A DNA stretch of 64,000 nt from Podarcis melisellensis. Taxonomy: Eukaryota. The notes beneath the pieces are model-generated. The model saw only the letters and a list, made by a program, of their open reading frames with translations. It searched no databases and was not told the DNA's origin. Position numbers and translations under genes: made by a program. Below, in pieces: positions 58,857 to 64,000 of the stretch; positions within the stretch are counted from its first letter, which is position 1, and each line of letters begins with the position of its first letter. The DNA lies in assembly GCA_964234715.1 (NCBI GenBank), contig OZ174287.1; one strand, written 5' to 3'.

Positions 58857-59541
58857 CTGCAGAAACGGTGGGAGGAACACAGGGCATGTTGGGTTAGAAA
58901 ACTTCACAAGCCCACCACAAGGGGGGAAACTTCCAAGAGTTCTTCTGGCGAGGCCTGTAGCCACACAAGAGCTCATGGGCTGAATGCCACACTATTCTTT
59001 GTGCAGAAAACCACTGTGGGCAAATGCACACCACGCACTGAAAGCACCTGACTTCCCCCAAAGAATCCTGGGAGTGTTAGTTTGTTGAGCGTACTGAGAA
59101 TTGTAGCTCTGTGGGGGAGAAGCTACAGTCCCCAGGATTCCACATGCTTTTAAATGTATAAGGATGTAGATCTGCATCTCAATGCCATCTCTTAAGGGCT
59201 GCATCCAACCAACATGTCTCCTCAGCTCAAGGATTTACACTTGCGCAATGGAAATCTCCCCCCTCACCTGCTTGGGCCCTCCCCAAATATGCAAATCTGG
59301 GAACTCCTAGAACAGATTTAGGAGGCACACCAGGGAGGGAAGGAGTTCCATTGTGCAAGTTTAAATATTTGTGCTGAGGGGATGTGTCAACAGGAAATGG
59401 CCCTGAATTTCTAGGTTAAAAAACAAACATAGCTTTTGAGATTTTGTTTTGCTTTCCAGTCCATTCTGGGACAGCTTAATATTCAGTTCAGCAAATCATA
59501 ATGGGCAAAACTCTTGTTTATTCCGCAATGTTGCGATGGTA

Positions 59542-59846
59542 CAGTGGTGCCTTGCAAGACGAAATTAATCTGTTCCGCGAGTCTCTTCATCTTGCGGTTT
59601 TTTCGTCTTGCGAAGCACGGCTATTAGCGGCTTAGCGGCTATTAACGGCTTAGCGGCTTAGCGGCTATTAACGGCTTAGCGGCTTTAAGAAAAAGGAAAC
59701 AAACTCGCAAGAACTCGCAAGACGTTTCGTCTTGTGAAGCAAGCCCATAGGGAAATTCGTCTTGCGGAACGACTCAAAAAACAGAAAACTCTTTCGTCTT
59801 GCGCTTTTTTCGTCTTGCGAGGCATTCGTCTTGCGAGGTACCACTG
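59542..59846. mobile_element. Tc1/mariner MITE with internal (TTAGCGGC)n repeats
   Basis: TA TSD, TIRs CAGTGGTGCCTTGCAAGACGAA...TTCGTCTTGCGAGGTACCACTG. Confidence 0.82.
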
Positions 59847-59953
59847 TACCAAGTGCACCGACATAAAACTAAAAAGAAAGAAAGGAGCGGCAAGTTTCTA
59901 GTCCCTGCTGCTGTGAAGAAAAGCACGGGCAATGCTTGGAAGAATCCTGTGTG

Positions 59954-60247
59954 CAGGGCCGTCTTACCCATAGGCGCTAGGGGTGCAGGCCACCTGGGCG
60001 CCGGGCTCTCAGGGGCGCCAGGCCAAGAGTCCAGGGCCCGAGAGTTGAGTCCGGGGAAGAGCCGGCCCATTGGCTGGGCTCTTCTGCTGCGGGCGCCCCT
60101 GCGCCATGAGTTCGGGGGTGAGCAAGCCAGCGAGACGCTGAGGTGGCCGGCCAGCTCCGCCCTCCTGCGTGCCTGGGACTGGGCAACTGGGGGGCGCGAC
60201 GGGCAGATCTTTGCACCCCAGCACCGCATATGCTTAAGACAGCCCTG
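59954..60247. mobile_element. GC-rich hAT MITE
   Basis: TIR CAGGGCCGTCTTA...TAAGACAGCCCTG, 8-bp TSD CCTGTGTG. Confidence 0.82.
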
Positions 60248-60531
60248 CCTGTGTGGGTATGTGGCTGGAGGTGGTGGGAGCAGAGGGGTGGCTGAACCAC
60301 ATGAGTGGCCCATGGCGGTTCAGGGTTCTGCATAATTCTTTGCCCTTTTTGACACAAATGAGAGTGAAACAAAGATTGCATGATGAGAGTTTCTTAATTC
60401 TCAATATTTGGACATAGTGGTCGATTCTAACATTGCATGGTAGGGAATTTGGGATAGGTTGGCCCAGAGTCACTCCACGCACCCACATGCAGCACACGTC
60501 TTAAGCCTTAAAGAAGGGAGGGGAAGCCTAC

Positions 60532-60587
60532 CTGCTGGAAAGGGTTAAAGACGTCTTGGCTGCAGGTTAAGTAGTATTGCAGGATTT
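60532..60587 (-). CDS. TTYH1: TTYH1 exon 8 (ILQYYLTCSQDVFNPFQQ)
   Basis: 56 nt, cccacag| acceptor, CAG|GTAGGC donor; conserved YYLxC...NPFQQ. Confidence 0.92.
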
Positions 60588-61102
60588 CTGTGGGATTGGG
60601 AAGAAAAGGAAAAGGAAATCAGACCGTGGCTCCCTATCAAGGCACCAGGCTTTTCCCATGCTCCTCCTGGATCCTGTGTTTGTTTGCTCTAACTTGGGTT
60701 TTACATGTTCAAAAAGAGGGTCTCTGCCCTTGATAGCAATAGGACAGGCCATGTGACACATTATGCAGGGATGGGGAATCTTTGTGTGCCCCCCCCCGCC
60801 CAGATGTTGCTGGACTACAGTATCCATCATCCCTGGCCATTGGCCATACTTGCTGGAGCTAATGGGAATTGCAGTTCAGCAATATATGGGGGTCTAGCAA
60901 GATGACATGCAGTGGTGCCTTGGTTTTTATTTCACTGTTGAGTAGCTGCTGTGGGGAGAGCTATGGGGAGCAGTTGGAAAGGGCCACCCTTTCTTCTCTC
61001 ACTCTGGACAAATATTGCCTCCCCTCCCCTTGCAGCAATTATTAACTCCAGAAGCACAGGCTCCCCTATATGCCTAAGGTGGTGTTACAAGAATTGTGGT
61101 GG

Positions 61103-61749
61103 TGTTACAAGATATAGAATAAATATAAATGCACACATATCTAAATATATGAACCATGTGTCTGATATAGTATGGGAGAGCAATCCTGATGCCATTTTGA
61201 CTCTCCCAATAACGTCAAATATTCCTCTGCAGTAAGGGAGGCAAATAGGGAAAGCCTTCCCATTGTCTTTTTGCTTGCAGATCCTGTCTGAAGGGCATAT
61301 TTGTGTATGAATAGGGTGAGCCTGTGACCTGGACTCAGGAACTAAAGTATTGACCATCACAAAAAGAATGGCCAGGCTGCCCAGGTAATGCAACCAGTGA
61401 CCATTATCAGGTATCCTGGCAAGCAGGATTTCTGCTGGAGACCGCCTCCTTCTGTGATGTATGTATGATTATTTGGGGGGGTCTTGGTCTACAGGGTGGG
61501 CAATTTCAAAAGTCTATATAAGGGCTTGAACACCATTGTTCAGGGTTCTCCTCCCTCCTGCGTGTGATGAGTGGGGACCCTGTTGCAACAGTTCCTTGAA
61601 TAACGATCAGGCTTACTAGCTTCTTTGCTTCTCAAATATACTCTGGTTGGCCTCTGTTATTTCCTCCTACTGATAGGGAACCCACTTAAGGACTCTATAC
61701 AGGCTCTGGAATACCCCATAAGAGAAAGGGAGCAGTTTTTCTTATAACA
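61103..61749 (+). mobile_element. ERV-like solo LTR (start 61083 or 61103)
   Basis: TGTTA...TAACA ends, 4-bp TSD GTGG, internal TATATAA. Confidence 0.7.
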
Positions 61750-62051
61750 GTGGTTTGCCTGTGGGAAGGGGAGCAGGCAGGATTTCCACCAAGGCTGCAG
61801 CAGGGGGTGATTTATACTTCCCTGCATGATGGTCCTGGTGAAAATAGCCCCGCCTTGTGGGCACAGTGACTATTAATAATTTTAAAACCATTTCCAGGAG
61901 CTGGGAAGTAACCTCGGAGCTATCACTGCAAAGCGAGTGTTCCCAAGCATGGCGAATTGCGCTGGCTGAAAAGCTGACACATAATTATAGATTTTGAAGG
62001 GGGATTGGCTAATCCTCGTGCATTTGACTCTATATGGCTCCCATTCTTATA

Positions 62052-62266
62052 CAGTGGTACCTTGGGTTAAGAACTTAATTCGTTCTGGAGGTCCGTTCTT
62101 AACCTGAACCCGTTCTTAACTTGAGGTACCACTTTAGCTAATGGGGCCTCCTGCTGCCGGAGCACGATTTCTGTTCTCATCCTGAAGCAAAGTTCTTAAC
62201 CCGAGGTACTATTTCTGGGTTAGCGGAGTCTGTAACCTGAAGTGTCTGTAACCCGAAGTACCACTG
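62052..62266 (-). mobile_element. Tc1/mariner (Tigger-like) MITE
   Basis: Reverse copy of the 7346 family, TA TSD. Confidence 0.85.
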
Positions 62267-63380
62267 TATTTTGTAAACACAGGTGTTTGGCCTCTTACAC
62301 AAGGCAGGAGTCATGTTGGAAGGAAGCGCACTTCAGTCTATCAACGATTCTCAACGTGTGGGTCCCCAGATGTTGTTGGACTACAACTCCCATCATCCCT
62401 GAGCTCTGGCCTTGCTAGCTAGGAGTGATGGGAGTTGTAGTCCAACAACATCTGGGGACCCACAGGTTAAGAAAGGCTGGAATGATTATGTTTCTATGAT
62501 GATGGCAATGTTTCTGTGGCATGTCACTCAGTTTCACGAAGGAGGATCCAGGGCTGGCTCAATGAGTTTGAGCACCTGTGGCGAACCACAAAATGATGTT
62601 CCTCCTCACTCTGCCAGGGAAGAAGGGGGGTAAAGAAGATCCGTTTCGTGAACAAGGGGTGGTTAGAAACAAGGGGGGAATCAAATCAACCCAACGGTTG
62701 ATTTGGGGGAATCAAATCAACCCAACGGTTAAACTAGGAATCAAGGGCCGTCGTGGGGGGAAAGCGGCTCACTCTGAATCGCGACAGGTGGGGACAGAGC
62801 CTAGGAGACCCCGGAGGGCAGCCCCCACCTAGGAATGGGAGGAGACCAGCAGCACCTCTGAGAGGCCACAGTGGAGGCAGAATTGGGTGAGAGGGGCTGC
62901 CAAGGAGATGGCAGATCCAGACTGGAAGAAATGTGCTACTGATGAGTTCCTTGGAAGCCGGATTTGCCGCTCCTGTGGATCCTGCTGCCTAAGGTGGTCG
63001 CCTCACCTTGCCGGCCCTGAGAGGACCATGACCTCACAATAGGAGGGGATAAATAAAAGGGTTCCGTTTCATTGTTTATTACTTTGGATAGCCATACCGG
63101 TTGTAGTTCAACGTAGTTCTAAAGAGGTTTCTGCTTCCTCAGTGGAAATATCTCCCCTTTCTTCCCCCCATGGGCTGTTGTGGGGGTTCTCTCCACCCTC
63201 CAAAATAGGTCTGAGGGAGGCGTGAGATCAAAAAGATGGGGAGGAAGCCCCGCTGTGCTAGTGGGGATCCTTATGCTGGCTTCTGCTAAGGGAGCCAGGG
63301 GGTTGAATCCAGCCTATTTATTATTAACTAGATGTCTCCATCAGAGAACCTCTGTTATAGGCCCATTGAGAAGCGAATCA

Positions 63381-63887
63381 AGTATCTGGAAAAGTATTAC
63401 AATAACAAATATCTCCTGGTAGAAATAGAATGAACCTTGTAAAATAACAAATATAATGCTTTTTTGATATCTGATGAAAACAAAGAAAGAAATATAATAA
63501 CTTGGAACTGTGTGTGAAAAAAATTGTAGAAATAATAATACAATGAGTCTAATCGGAAGTTAAATATGTTTGTTTTGCTTTGGGGTTTTTTCTTCATCTT
63601 TCCCCCCCTTCCCTTCACTCCCCCCCCTTCCTCTTCTCTTTCTTTTTTCTTTTTTGTGTTTCCTTTCTTGGTCTCCCCTTTTTTTATTCATTAAGAAAAA
63701 GATAAAGAGAGGAAAGTGTATTATGAAAACCTCAGTAAGTTAAAAGTGATGTTGTGTGATTTCTTTATTAGTATTTATAAAATGTTAAAATTGGTTAATT
63801 GTAATGATTTGATGTTGCAACTACTGTGGTCCCCCCCCCCCATTATCGTTGAACTCTAAATAAAGTTTTATTCTGTTAAAAAAAGAA
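63381..63887 (+). mobile_element. L1-like LINE 3' fragment
   Basis: 12-bp TSD AGAAGCGAATCA (63369-63380 / 63888-63899), AATAAA and A-rich tail. Confidence 0.72.
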
Positions 63888-64000
63888 AGAAGCGAATCAG
63901 CTGGAGAACGAATGCCCCACAAAATACCCTGGCTTTCAATTCTTGTAGACACGGATGTTAGGTCTGGGGGACAATCTAGATTGCCTGAAACAGGTTCAGT

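Larger units (their letters stand above)
48858..60587 (-). other. TTYH1: TTYH1 (tweety homolog 1) gene, 3' part (exons ~8-14); 5' exons lie beyond the window
   Basis: Seven exons with consistent phases; synteny with LENG8; exact mammalian TTYH1 C-terminus ESKRFVQWQSSI encoded in exon 13. Confidence 0.93.

Noticed and set aside
59620-59830. Regularly spaced repeats (TTAGCGGC; TTCGTCTTGCG) superficially like a CRISPR array
   Set aside because: Internal and subterminal repeats of a MITE in vertebrate DNA; no unique spacers and no cas genes.
59774-60381. 178/179-aa ORFs on both strands
   Set aside because: They span two MITEs with TIRs and TSDs and show no transposase or other domain.
60588-64000. 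Search for TTYH1 exon 7 (SDFC..PD motif)
   Set aside because: No matching exon found by eye; it is presumably beyond the window.

Overview
Vertebrate genomic DNA, almost certainly from a squamate reptile and probably a lacertid lizard, judged from Sauria SINEs, RTE-BovB, L2, Penelope and Tigger/hAT MITE content. The window holds a four-gene block in the order and relative orientation I recall for human 19q13.42: CDC42EP5 (+, single coding exon), LENG9 (+, single coding exon), LENG8 (-, 11 coding exons visible, central exons lost in a 200-N gap) and the 3' half of TTYH1 (-, exons ~8-14). Top observation: TTYH1 exon 13 (50944-50866) is dual-coding. In phase 0 it reads ESKRFVQWQSSI*, the mammalian TTYH1 C-terminus. 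In the other frame it continues an intact ~100-aa TTYH2/3-like tail with a PPSY (PY) motif. The switch would be a GC donor versus a GT donor in exon 12. Other observations: an L2 insertion that displaced the TTYH1 exon 11 splice acceptor and supplied a new one, a minimal hammerhead ribozyme in a Penelope fragment, a Pumilio-site cluster in the LENG8 3'UTR, predicted LENG8/LENG9 3' overlap and a truncated U2 retrocopy. Gene identities and exon numbers rest on recalled human sequences, not database searches.
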